From NCBI GenBank assembly GCA_019634385.1, contig JAHQVK010000050.1:20072-84071 (forward strand): a stretch of 64,000 nucleotides of DNA. The letters run 5' to 3'. Source of the DNA: Myxococcales bacterium. Its GTDB lineage: Bacteria; Myxococcota; Kuafuiibacteriia; Kuafuiibacteriales; Kuafuiibacteriaceae. Position 1 is the first letter of the stretch. Each line of letters begins with the position of its first letter. The notes below the pieces were generated by a model. The model made no database searches, was not told the origin of the DNA, and was given only the letters and a program-made list of their open reading frames with translations. Positions 40,028 through 50,254 of the stretch are shown here, piece after piece. The position numbers were made by a program, and so were the translations under genes.

Positions 40028-42326
40028 TTGACTTCACGTCGTCAACCGGTAGCAAACCACCAAGAGGATGCAATACTAAAAACAAATTTGCTCATACTAG
40101 GTGCCATTGTTGGCGTATCAGCGACCATTGGCTGTGACGACCATGACGATGGAATTGTAGGTTTCCCACCTTCAAATCTACTCGGAACCATCACCGCCGA
40201 AAATCTCTCTGAGCTGGCCCAGGCGGTCACAGACGCCAACATAGAAAGTAATATCCGAAACGATGAACTCACCGTATTCGGTCCGACCAATGAGGCATTC
40301 TCTAACCTAAACACCACTTTCGAAAGTAAAAAGTTGCTGGCCAACCTATTGCTCTACCATGTGGTCGCTGACCACGAGCTTACTTTGGAAAAAATTCAAC
40401 AGGGGGATGGCATCATTACCCTGACTAAATGGCCACTTAAGTACGAAAGAAACACCCTCAACGGTTCAGAGCTCTCAGGGGACAAGCTCAACATCGAAGC
40501 TAGCAACGGTCTTCTTAACATCATTGAGAGAGTATTGATACCACCCACCATCTATGAAGCAGCGGTCGCTACACCTACGCTTTCTAAGTTATCCGAGCTT
40601 CTCAATACCGAAAACGAGGCCGTCATAACCATTAGGCAAATGTTTGATGCCAAAGACGCCGACGACGACGTCCTAAGTACCCTAGGTATTGGTCAAGAAC
40701 TAACCGTCTTTGCGCCCGAAAACACAGCTTTTACTGGAGATACCCCCGAAGGAGAAGATATGGTTAACCTTCTTCGGTACCACGCAGTCAAGGAACAGCT
40801 TCTCTCAAGGAACCTTATGAATATGGATGGTCAGATACTCACCACCATTTCGCCCCGAAAGATGAAGCAATTCCTCCGGAAATACCCGCCGGAACGGTGC
40901 TTTCGAACATTCTTCTTCATCACGTGAACATTCTTCTTCATCACGTAGTAGTAGGCAAAGAGACGATCGCCTCAGATGACATCAAGGCCAACACAAGCTT
41001 CACCACCGCCACCAATACAACCCTCACCGTAACCCAAGACGGTGCGTGGTCTCTATCAACGAAAGAGTTCTTGACCCCGACAAGTTGGATCAGGAAGCAA
41101 TCAACGGCGTAGTACACGGCCTGACGGACGGCTTTATGCTGCCCCCTTCGATCGAAAATTTTCTCGACGGTGAAGACTTTAGTGAACTGAGTGCATATGT
41201 GGATGACGCATTGGGCAAAAACCTCTTCAACCAGAAACCGTCTACACCATTTTTGCGCCCACAAATGATGCTATCCCCGACGATGAAACCATGGCTTCGG
41301 ATGCGAACATGTACCACATCATAGCCGGAGAGCAGATACTTCCCAACGCTAGTGAAAAACTCACTGTTGCAACTTTGCTTGACGACACCAGCCTTCTCGT
41401 GGAAGAAAGCAACAGTAAGTATTACATCACCGCCAATAGCAACGCTCGGTTTGCAGTCCAGAAAGTCGTCCGTCTGCTCAACGGGCTCGTGTACGTGATC
41501 GACCAAGTTCTAGATCCCACCGACGGAAAACTTCCCGCGACATTGGCAGGTGACTACACCAATTTCGCAACCCATCGATACCGTCGGTTTGACCCCAACC
41601 CTGGATAAACTAGGTAGGATATTCACAGTGTTTTCGCCGCAGAACGATGCCATTGACGCCTTCCAACTGGGTACTTACGACCAGCTCGAGAACATTCTTC
41701 TTCATCATCTTGTCCATCGACAAGTAGTATCTAACGACTTTATCGTAGGTGCTAGCTTTGTAACCGCGGCCAACACCAAAATAACCTTAACTCAAGGCGA
41801 AGGTGAAAGCTTGTTGATCGGTGATGTGGCATTCAACGCGGACGCAGGTGATATCCAAGCAACCAATGGTATCATCCACGGACTGGCAGACCACATGACC
41901 CCTCCCACCGTTTTAGAGTACCTAAAGAGCAATCATCCAGTATTGGTCTCCACCTTAGCTCTCGACGAGGGTGAGGATGATGACATCACCTTTCCCCAAG
42001 ACATTCTGACGATCTTTGCCCCCACTGATGCTGCTTTGGGAGAGCTTGAAGCCGATGCCACTACCGCGGAAGTCCTGACTTTCCACGTAGCATCTGGCCA
42101 GCAATACTCAGTAGTTGCTGGTAACGAACCACAAACCGTTGTTGATGTACCCACCGAATTGGGAGTCAACCTAAAGCTTAGCTACGAAGATGGTAACATA
42201 ATGGTGAGCCACAGCGAAGGGGATGCTGAGCAGAAACTACCTGTTCAAAAGACTATTCGTCTCTTAGACGGCATGGTTCATGTTATCGACGGAGTCCTGC
42301 TCCCCCCTGAACCAGTCGCCGAATAG
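40028..42326 (+). pseudogene. Multi-domain fasciclin (FAS1) secreted protein gene, disrupted by at least 4 frameshifts
   Basis: FAS1 motifs (TVFGPTNEAF, LLLYHVV, LTVFAPENTAF, FAPKDEAI, FTVFSPQNDAI, NILLHHLV, TIFAPTDAA) are distributed over five overlapping ORFs in different frames: 40028-40927, 40897-41112, 41046-41324, 41291-41608 and 41550-42326. Confidence 0.6.
40905..40946 (+). repeat. Perfect 21-bp tandem duplication (gaacattcttcttcatcacgt x2) inside the FAS1 gene
   Basis: Seen directly in the sequence. It encodes NILLHHV twice, so it is in frame and not itself a frameshift. Confidence 0.85.
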
Positions 42327-42335
42327 CCCCACTCA

Positions 42336-44081
42336 TCAGGATACGCTAGCCAGGGCTGAAAGACACAGTCGAAACACTGTGCCCAAACCGGTTGGCGAAC
42401 GGTAAGTTAGCTCTCCGCCATGCGCCCGCACAATGGCACGAGCAATATCCAAACCTAATCCCAACCCATTTCCTCCTTTGGTCGAAAAGAACGGCTCAAA
42501 AACCCGGTCGCCAATAGTAGACGAAATCCCTGGACCGTTATCTTGAACCTCGATCGTAGACCACCCATCCTCCTCATCCACGGTCAAGATAATCCGACCC
42601 GGCGTTTCGCCCAGAGCGTCCGCAGCATTCTTGATTAGGTTCACAAGCACCTGTCGTATCCGCCCCGGATCTACTTCAGCCCAAGTATCCTCGTTTACCA
42701 CAATTCGCATCTCGTGTCGTTTTACCCCAGTATCTATCTGTGTGAACCGGACTACAGCCCGACAGAGATCAGCCATATCGGTCGGCTGCCGACGCTCCGC
42801 CACCGACTGTGCCCCTCTCGCAAAGCCCTTCACTTCCGAAACCAGATCCACAATATGCTGCCGAGCCTCGAGCATCATTTCCACAGCAGCCTGTGTTTCT
42901 TTGTCGTCCGGATACTTACGGGCAATCATATCCGCCAATGCAAATGGCGAAAGATGATTGTTCACTTCGTGAGCCAATCCACTCGCTAACCGCCCCACAA
43001 TCGCTAATTGCTCGGACCGTACCAATTGCGCTTGGGTGCATAATAGGCTTGCCTGCGCTTCCTTAAGCTTCTGTATCGTTTCTTCCCTCCGCTCCGCAAG
43101 CCTCAGGTTTTCAAGGGTTTGGCCCACCATAAACGCAATAAGGGTCAATAGATCCAGATCTGGCTCTGAAAACCGATCAATAGTCTCACTCTCGACGACC
43201 ATCGCTCCCAACAACCGGTCACGCAGAAGAATTGGTACCGCCATAAAAGCTTGAGTAGGACTGAGGAACAACGACTCCGAGGCCGCAAACCGATCATCGT
43301 CACCTAGATCTCGGCTCAGTACGGCACACCGCTGGGATAGGACATACTCAACGACGGTCGTAGATAGTTGAGGAAGATCCTGCACTTTATCTGAAGACCG
43401 GCAGCGATATATATCTACCTGAAAATCATCCCTTGAAGTATGTGAGCTATCCTCTCGCGATCCTTCATCGTCCGAAAGCGCCACAAACGCTCGTTCCCCT
43501 TCGAGCACATTCAAGACTCCATCGAGGACTTCAGCAAGCATCTCGCGAGGATGATGACTTTCTCGAAGCGTTCGACTGAGTTCATGGAGAACGGCAAACT
43601 GCCGAGTTTTTTGTAGCAGCTCCCCGGGAGCCCTAATATCGAGCAGTGTATTGTCACCCAGTCCCAGCGATTGAAAGAAGGTGTCTTTGCCTAGCGAGTC
43701 CAACGTGGGGATATCATCCACAGATACCGGTTTGATCACCTTGCCCCACAAATTAGGCACAACGGGCTTGGCACTGTCCGGCATGTGAACCCGGAGCCGA
43801 TACGGACCAACCATAAGCACATCGCCATGACCTAGCTCGTGCCGCGCTACCCGAACACCATTCAATACTGTCCCATTCGGGCTATCCAAATCTTGTAACA
43901 CCCACTGACCACGCTCTAGAAAAACACGAGCATGGTGCCGACTCACCCGGCGATCTTGAATCTGCACCCCGCAATCTGGGGCCCGTCCTAAGATCGCCGC
44001 CCCACTCAGGGTAATACGCTGGCCCGCCTTGGCGTCGGGCGCTTCAAAGCAAAGCTCCATATGGACACCATCATCCTCCAC
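42336..44081 (-). CDS. FHA-GAF sensor histidine kinase
   Basis: N-terminal FHA (GRAPDCGVQIQDRRVSRHHARV...SPNGTVLNG). Central GAF. HisKA (LASGLAHEVNNHL). HATPase (NLIKNAADAL, DNGPGIS, GLGLGL). Confidence 0.85.
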   Translation of the reverse strand: MEDDGVHMELCFEAPDAKAGQRITLSGAAILGRAPDCGVQIQDRRVSRHHARVFLERGQWVLQDLDSPNGTVLNGVRVARHELGHGDVLMVGPYRLRVHMPDSAKPVVPNLWGKVIKPVSVDDIPTLDSLGKDTFFQSLGLGDNTLLDIRAPGELLQKTRQFAVLHELSRTLRESHHPREMLAEVLDGVLNVLEGERAFVALSDDEGSREDSSHTSRDDFQVDIYRCRSSDKVQDLPQLSTTVVEYVLSQRCAVLSRDLGDDDRFAASESLFLSPTQAFMAVPILLRDRLLGAMVVESETIDRFSEPDLDLLTLIAFMVGQTLENLRLAERREETIQKLKEAQASLLCTQAQLVRSEQLAIVGRLASGLAHEVNNHLSPFALADMIARKYPDDKETQAAVEMMLEARQHIVDLVSEVKGFARGAQSVAERRQPTDMADLCRAVVRFTQIDTGVKRHEMRIVVNEDTWAEVDPGRIRQVLVNLIKNAADALGETPGRIILTVDEEDGWSTIEVQDNGPGISSTIGDRVFEPFFSTKGGNGLGLGLDIARAIVRAHGGELTYRSPTGLGTVFRLCLSALASVS

Positions 44082-44212
44082 TGCGTATATGATATTCGTT
44101 TCACAAACAAAGAGCGACGACCAATCATCAATTCCGAGCTGCTCACGATACTTCGACAGGAGAGATGTCGTCCAGGGAAGCCAAACATCTCCACTCAGCT
44201 AAGCTGAGCGAC

Positions 44213-46237
44213 TCAATCTGGTGAAAGTCTATAGAGACCGTACTCGGCCTCGGAGACCACAAAAAGGAGGGTGCCAGTCCAAAACGCATGGGCAACTTTC
44301 GACACCTGTGGTGCACCTTCATCGACCATCCGCTGCCATCGATCTTCCGATAGCCTAAGTTGACTTCCCACGACCGGATCAAAGAGTTCCTGGCCACCAA
44401 TTACCATCAGCACCCCATCCGCGAACACCATCCCTGGACGAACTCTAGCGGTTGGTGCTTCGCCACCTGGAGGGAGGTCTGTCCATTCACCAGTCCCGGG
44501 ATCGAAACGAGAGCCTCCACTGATCGCAACCTCTACTATCCCGTCATCTTCTAGGGTGTATCCGCCGAAGAAAATCATCTCTTCACCGGTCCACACCACT
44601 CCGTGGCCATGACGCTCTTGGAGAAGAGGATCCTCCAAAAGCATCCACTTATCGTCCTCAGGCTCAAAACGGAACGTCTCGTGCAGATTTCTCTGTGACC
44701 GATTGGGATCCAGATCCAGCGTGGCGCCCCCATGCACAATCATATGGTCACCAGTCCACACTGCGACATGTCCTCGTCGAGGTGAGTAGTTGCTCGGAGA
44801 ATTAACTGGCACCCACTGGTCATCGGGAGGTGCATCAGGTCGATAGCGATAACCATCTTGCAGTAGTCGTGGAGCAAGAGGATCGGAGTTTCCCACCCCA
44901 CCAAAGACGATCATCTCTTCACCAGTCCACACCGCAGTATGCTCAGCTCGAGCACCAACCGTTTCTGGAACCTCTAAAGCAGTCCAAGTATCGGTTGTTG
45001 GGTTGTAGCACGCACCGTCTGAGAGCGGCGTCTTAGTCACACCACTACCGTATCCACCAAAAACGATCATCTCTTCGCCGGTCCACACCGCGGTGTGCTT
45101 AGTCCGAGCTCCCGGAGCATTTGTAGTGCTCATAGACGACCAGGTGCTGGTCTCAAGATCGTACACAACCCCATTTGCAACTACCTGCTCTCCTTCTTTC
45201 CCACCCCCAAAGAAGAGGATCTCCGTGCCAGCCTGAACGCTGGAGCTACCGGACAAAATCGGTGATACTCCCACCGATCGCTTCACCCATTGACGAAGAC
45301 AGCGAGAAGGAGAGTTTAGCGGACGATCACAAAGCCAGCCTGGTTCAACCTGGCAAGTCTCACTGCACCCATCATTGTCCAGCTGATTACCGTCATCACA
45401 CCTTTCACTATCTACAACGCGGCTGTCGCCACATAGCGCGGTACAAAAAGAGGGCTGGTTGTTATCACAGGTCCACCCCGGTTCTGGGGTGCATGTTGCG
45501 CTACAACCATCTCCAGACACCTGATTTCGGTCATCACAAACCTCAACCCCCTTCTCTACTCTCCCATTGCCGCACTCAAAGCAGCTCGACTGCTCCCCTA
45601 CTCGTCCTGGGCAGGTCCACCCTTCTTCGATGATACAGTCCTCACTACACCCATCATCCTCGGTATCATTGCCATCGTCACATGCCTCACCGGTAACTCT
45701 GCGACCATCACCACACTCGGCGATGCAGGTTGAGGGCAGGGGTTCTACAGCGCACTGAAAGCCGAGCTCTAAACGGCAGGTGGTGCTGCAACCATCTCCT
45801 CCCACCGCATTGCCATCATCACACTCCTCGCCCCCAACCAACTGCGCATCACCGCATTGGCCATCACATCTACTCGGTGAAGCCACTCCACACGTCCATC
45901 CGGTCTCCACCACGCAGTTTGCTGAGCAACCATCGCCACTTAAAGTATTATTGTCATCGCATGCTTCCGGCTGAATCCGTTCACCATCACCACACTCAGG
46001 TACGCAGACGGAAATCCCGTCCGGGCCGATTTGACATACAAATCCTACTTCGAGGCGACAGACCGAACTACAGCCATCAAAGTTGTTGCGGTTGTTGTCA
46101 TCGCAAGCCTCAAACCCATCAACCACCCCATCTCCACAATCTCCCAAGAGAAGATCCAAATCGCGGGAACGCGTACAAGCACCCGCAACTATGAGTATCA
46201 ACAGCAATCCTACAACTATTCGTGGAGTCTCCATCAT
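44213..46237 (-). CDS. Secreted protein with Myxococcales-type Cys-rich repeats (CGDG...EACDDGN) followed by Kelch beta-propeller repeats
   Basis: Signal peptide. About 8 tandem 'C..DG..EECDDGN...DGCS..C' repeats. Then repeated VWTGEEMIVFGG Kelch motifs. Confidence 0.8.
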   Translation of the reverse strand: MMETPRIVVGLLLILIVAGACTRSRDLDLLLGDCGDGVVDGFEACDDNNRNNFDGCSSVCRLEVGFVCQIGPDGISVCVPECGDGERIQPEACDDNNTLSGDGCSANCVVETGWTCGVASPSRCDGQCGDAQLVGGEECDDGNAVGGDGCSTTCRLELGFQCAVEPLPSTCIAECGDGRRVTGEACDDGNDTEDDGCSEDCIIEEGWTCPGRVGEQSSCFECGNGRVEKGVEVCDDRNQVSGDGCSATCTPEPGWTCDNNQPSFCTALCGDSRVVDSERCDDGNQLDNDGCSETCQVEPGWLCDRPLNSPSRCLRQWVKRSVGVSPILSGSSSVQAGTEILFFGGGKEGEQVVANGVVYDLETSTWSSMSTTNAPGARTKHTAVWTGEEMIVFGGYGSGVTKTPLSDGACYNPTTDTWTALEVPETVGARAEHTAVWTGEEMIVFGGVGNSDPLAPRLLQDGYRYRPDAPPDDQWVPVNSPSNYSPRRGHVAVWTGDHMIVHGGATLDLDPNRSQRNLHETFRFEPEDDKWMLLEDPLLQERHGHGVVWTGEEMIFFGGYTLEDDGIVEVAISGGSRFDPGTGEWTDLPPGGEAPTARVRPGMVFADGVLMVIGGQELFDPVVGSQLRLSEDRWQRMVDEGAPQVSKVAHAFWTGTLLFVVSEAEYGLYRLSPD

Positions 46238-48246
46238 GGGGATACTCCTCCAGCTATTGACGAGCGTGTTTCCACCTCTGGCAGCGCCCGTTCTGTTACT
46301 TGTTTAATAGTTGGAGTATGAGATGATCGTGGAGGCTCAAAAATCCATTGCATCAATGCTGTTCCCACCAAAAATGAGGCCACCCCTAGAGCAGAAAACC
46401 CGATAGTCTGCGCTCGCTCTCGGCTGTCCTCTGACTCACGAGCGATAGCCTGGGTGGTCTCAAACCGGATGGTGCCCGCCAATCCATCCAATCGAGCAAT
46501 AGCTTCATCGCGATGGCTAGCAGCATCATGGGCTGCAACCATTCGTTCTGCGCCTACCCCTGCTGCCACTGCGCTAAGCCCAAGGCTTAGCCACTTTGCC
46601 CACCGAGCAGCATAAATTTTTGGCTTCGCCGGCGCCTGTGACATCTTCAGTGATGAAGTAGGTATCTCTGTAGAGAAGGCCATAGAAGGCGATGTTACTT
46701 TCTTTGTGGGCGCATTTCGGATCCACCAGCGAGGAGTGGTCTGCATGAATGTGACGACGCTCGGCGTATTCACCGCTTCAAACTCACCAACGACCGTCTG
46801 CCCTCCTACCTGTTTCCATCTATCAAGCAACCGTAGTAAGAGCTCCGAGGGTACCCGTTCCTCCTCACCTGACGGGGCAGCGGTAGCCGTGGCTAAAGAC
46901 TGCTCCACAGGGATATCTATACCTGTTCCTTGCACACCGAATTCATAAGCTACTAAGCCCAGCTGATACCTATTCGCAAGCTCGGCCATCATCGCCAACT
47001 GGGCAAGTTCCACCGAAATTGGGTCCGTTTCTGAAGAAGACTGTTCAACAACCACCTTCTGCTCATGTATCGAAGGCACTAGCAGCTTCACTCCTAGTAC
47101 ATCTATACCGTCTAAGACGGTATTTTGCTTAAGCAGCGATTCAACAACATCTTTGCGTTCCAAAGGAACAGTCAGCACCCGCACCAGGCGGGATGGATCC
47201 AGGTGATGATACATAGCTGCAAAGAGGTCAGTAGAGCGCTGAGCGCGGTATTGAATGGCGCCCAAGATGGGGTCTGCATCAAGTACCCGCCAAGCCACAG
47301 CTGGTGGCTGTTCATCGGCAGTACCATATTCAAGAAAGAGTTTTTGTGAGGGCAATAATCGTTCACTAACCAACTTCGCGAGAGCCTCAACATAAGCCTC
47401 GTTCGCGGTCCATGGAAGCGCTAACCACACGTCCGCGTGGAGTGCATTAGCGAGATCGAGGCTATGTTCGTACGCTGCCCCACTAGGTCCGGTTTGAATG
47501 CCATAGTTAGCTAGAATACGACGGTCCCAGTCGGAGGATTTCATCATATTCCCCTGCCAATCTACCATTCGAATAACAGAGAATTTTTCAAGCTTATGTA
47601 AAAGTTGATCCTGATACTTGGGTACAGCCTTCTTGCCCTCATAGTTCGCTCGAATAATGCGGATATTTTTTATTGGAAGCGAAGGGCTCACTCGACGAAT
47701 TTGCAGAGCCACTCGAGCTTGAGTCGCTGTCCAGAAAATACGACCAACATCGTTGGTACGCACATTACTAGCCCCCTCCACCACTAACTCTCCATCTCCC
47801 TCAAAGATGGTTATATAGTCAGCCCCAGGAACCACACCAAGCTCCGCATAAGCCACCTGATCAGGTAGTAATTGGCGCACCCACCCCTCTTCATTGAAAG
47901 ACACGGGCCTAGAGTCCGGTTCCCCCTCACGGTTTGCTGAACGCCACTCAGAAGCCTCTCGAAAGCGATTCGTAAACACCATCAGCCCTCGCTCGAGCCC
48001 CAAAGGCGGAAGGTTCACACCTACGGGGGAGCTCGTATTGCGTGCCGGACGTTGCTCATCAACAACCTCGGGAAGTTCATCAAACGCCCCAGAATCATCC
48101 TCTGGAACCGCCCATTCGAAGTGTCTCTCCGCAGCAACCGGTGAAACAGCAACCGGCGGGGGCGGATACACCACCACACAAGCCGCGGTTCCCTCCAGAA
48201 TCATGCCTATCCCCAAAACTAGGGAAAAAGCCGCACGAAATCCCAC
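46234..48246 (-). CDS. Hypothetical 670-aa protein with an N-terminal signal and C-terminal TM helices. Its stop overlaps the start of the downstream Cys-rich/Kelch gene by 4 nt.
   Basis: Long intact ORF with no recognisable catalytic motif. Two hydrophobic helices near the C-terminus. Confidence 0.55.
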   Translation of the reverse strand: MGFRAAFSLVLGIGMILEGTAACVVVYPPPPVAVSPVAAERHFEWAVPEDDSGAFDELPEVVDEQRPARNTSSPVGVNLPPLGLERGLMVFTNRFREASEWRSANREGEPDSRPVSFNEEGWVRQLLPDQVAYAELGVVPGADYITIFEGDGELVVEGASNVRTNDVGRIFWTATQARVALQIRRVSPSLPIKNIRIIRANYEGKKAVPKYQDQLLHKLEKFSVIRMVDWQGNMMKSSDWDRRILANYGIQTGPSGAAYEHSLDLANALHADVWLALPWTANEAYVEALAKLVSERLLPSQKLFLEYGTADEQPPAVAWRVLDADPILGAIQYRAQRSTDLFAAMYHHLDPSRLVRVLTVPLERKDVVESLLKQNTVLDGIDVLGVKLLVPSIHEQKVVVEQSSSETDPISVELAQLAMMAELANRYQLGLVAYEFGVQGTGIDIPVEQSLATATAAPSGEEERVPSELLLRLLDRWKQVGGQTVVGEFEAVNTPSVVTFMQTTPRWWIRNAPTKKVTSPSMAFSTEIPTSSLKMSQAPAKPKIYAARWAKWLSLGLSAVAAGVGAERMVAAHDAASHRDEAIARLDGLAGTIRFETTQAIARESEDSRERAQTIGFSALGVASFLVGTALMQWIFEPPRSSHTPTIKQVTERALPEVETRSSIAGGVSP

Positions 48247-48292
48247 CCTCGCTTAGTGCACTCCGACGGTCAGCGGGTCCAATGTCTTGCGA

Positions 48293-50131
48293 TTAACGAC
48301 CCCGAAAATCTCCCACCGACGATTTGTTTAGCGGAGAAGTTACGTCCCCTGCGGATTCGAGCAAACGTTGGCGTCGAAGTTTTCCGAGCGAGCGGGCAAG
48401 AACCTGAGCCACCTGTGCCGCCCGCGAAGGACGAGACACGACCGAGTTCGAAAGACACTGCATGATGCAATCTTTGACTTCCGGCGGGAGATTTTCGATA
48501 ACCGGCAGCTCAGGGGGCAAGGCGGTCATGCGTTGTTTGAGCGCATCTACCGTCGGTTCAAACGGGGGCCTTCCTGCGAACATCTCCCAGAGCACCACAC
48601 CCAAAGAAAAGATATCTGCCCGCGGATGGGGCGGGCGGCCTCGAGCTTGTTCTGGTGACATATACCGAATCGTACCCACCATCATCCCCTCTTCGTGGTC
48701 AGCGTCTTGTTGAACGGCAACCCCAAAATCCATCAGTTTCGGCCGGGCCTTCCGATTCACAAGGATATTGCTCGGTTTGATATCCCGGTGGACAATTCCT
48801 GCCGAGTGGATCGCCTCTAGGGCCTCCGCAAGACGGTGTCCCACGTGAAGGGCCAGAATAAGTTCAAGTCGTCCGGAACGGAGAAGATTTCTCAGACTTC
48901 GCCCTTCAAAATACTCCATGGCCAAAAAGGTCAGATCCCCTTCTCGACCGAAATCGAAGATCTCTAAGCAACCCGGATGGTGCACCTGAGCTGCCAACCG
49001 AGCTTCAACCAAAAAGCCTTCGAGCGCGTCCGGATTGTCGACATGACGATCCGACAGAACCTTGATCGCTAGTTCGCGATCCAACACCTGGTCTCTCGCA
49101 CGATAAACTTGCGCTTGGGCACCTCGACCAACCTTCTCCTCCAAACGAAAGCGACCGCGTAGCAAGGTACCAGACAAGTCCTCCGCTGATGAAATGGAGG
49201 GGGTCAGTGCCAATAGAGGGCCTACATCCAATGGAGCGGAGGTCGCTGAGGCTTCTCCATTTACTTTAACCACCGCACTGATCGCGGCATCGATTTCGGA
49301 GGTTGAACTCACCGAGAGCCCCGGCTCATTCCCCCCCAAGATTTCGAGTGTGCGGCCATCAGGCGCAATCTCTCGCCCGGATAAAGCGGTTAGGTCGGCC
49401 TTGTTCTCTCCGTCCACAAACGCCAGATCATCCGTTCCTTGGCGTGGAACCCAGTTGGCTGCCGGATGCTGAGGATCGAAGCGCTGAACTACAGAACGGA
49501 GATGAAGAGCGTAGATATCCGCGCCTAGAGCCTCGGCTGCCGTCAACTCGCGAACCCATGCTTCAACATCCTGAGCGAGAGGACTCCGACCCCGGCGAGC
49601 AATGTACGCATCCCGAAATCGAGCCCGAGTTTGCACCCAATTTTCTCTCACCAACAATGAATGATCTGAGGCAGCCCCTCCTTCAACTGCAGCTTCACCA
49701 ATCAGTGGTGAAAATGGCGGATTTTTCTTTTGAGTGTCTCGATTCGATGAGTCCGATACGAACGACACCAATCGTGCTGGAGAAACCTTCAACGAAGCTA
49801 AGCCCGCGGGGAGGGTTGGCGCACGGTGCGAAACTACAGTAGGGGCCCGAGTACCGAGAAGCTGCGCCGCTCGGTCGTGCTGACCAGTGCGAGCAGCAAT
49901 CACTACCGCAGAGTCAGTCAATCCTCGCTCGACCAGTAGCTCCACCGCCACTTCTGGTTCACCACTCTGTTCATAGATGCGGGCTGCTCGGGTGACCAGG
50001 CGTCGGCCAGCTTCTTCATGGCCGTGCGAGAAAGCCTCAGTTGCTTGAGCAACCAGTTTAACGGCCACACGCGTGGAGCGACAGCTATCAGCCCGCTTAG
50101 TCAAGTTCCTCCCCCAGTCGCTGCTAACCAC
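48293..50131 (-). CDS. Ser/Thr protein kinase with the kinase domain at the C-terminus and a helical N-terminal domain
   Basis: Hanks motifs in the C-terminal half: GRGAQAQVYRA...AIKVL, HRDIKPSNILV, DFG, SPEQ. About 290-aa helical N-terminal region. Confidence 0.85.
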   Translation of the reverse strand: MVSSDWGRNLTKRADSCRSTRVAVKLVAQATEAFSHGHEEAGRRLVTRAARIYEQSGEPEVAVELLVERGLTDSAVVIAARTGQHDRAAQLLGTRAPTVVSHRAPTLPAGLASLKVSPARLVSFVSDSSNRDTQKKNPPFSPLIGEAAVEGGAASDHSLLVRENWVQTRARFRDAYIARRGRSPLAQDVEAWVRELTAAEALGADIYALHLRSVVQRFDPQHPAANWVPRQGTDDLAFVDGENKADLTALSGREIAPDGRTLEILGGNEPGLSVSSTSEIDAAISAVVKVNGEASATSAPLDVGPLLALTPSISSAEDLSGTLLRGRFRLEEKVGRGAQAQVYRARDQVLDRELAIKVLSDRHVDNPDALEGFLVEARLAAQVHHPGCLEIFDFGREGDLTFLAMEYFEGRSLRNLLRSGRLELILALHVGHRLAEALEAIHSAGIVHRDIKPSNILVNRKARPKLMDFGVAVQQDADHEEGMMVGTIRYMSPEQARGRPPHPRADIFSLGVVLWEMFAGRPPFEPTVDALKQRMTALPPELPVIENLPPEVKDCIMQCLSNSVVSRPSRAAQVAQVLARSLGKLRRQRLLESAGDVTSPLNKSSVGDFRGR

Positions 50132-50254
50132 CAGCGGCCAAGTCCAACCTTAGCGGAGATTGACCAGGAGGAAAACGCTTTCGGACAAAGGATGGAATTA
50201 GCAGTCACTTGGTCGGTTGATCTTTGCATAGCCTCGGCTGAGGGTAAGTAGTAT

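Noticed and set aside
40905-40946. The tandem duplication as the cause of the FAS1 gene frameshift
   Set aside because: The unit is 21 bp (7 codons, NILLHHV twice), so it is in frame. The frame changes lie elsewhere, near 40810-40850, 41080, 41300 and 41580.
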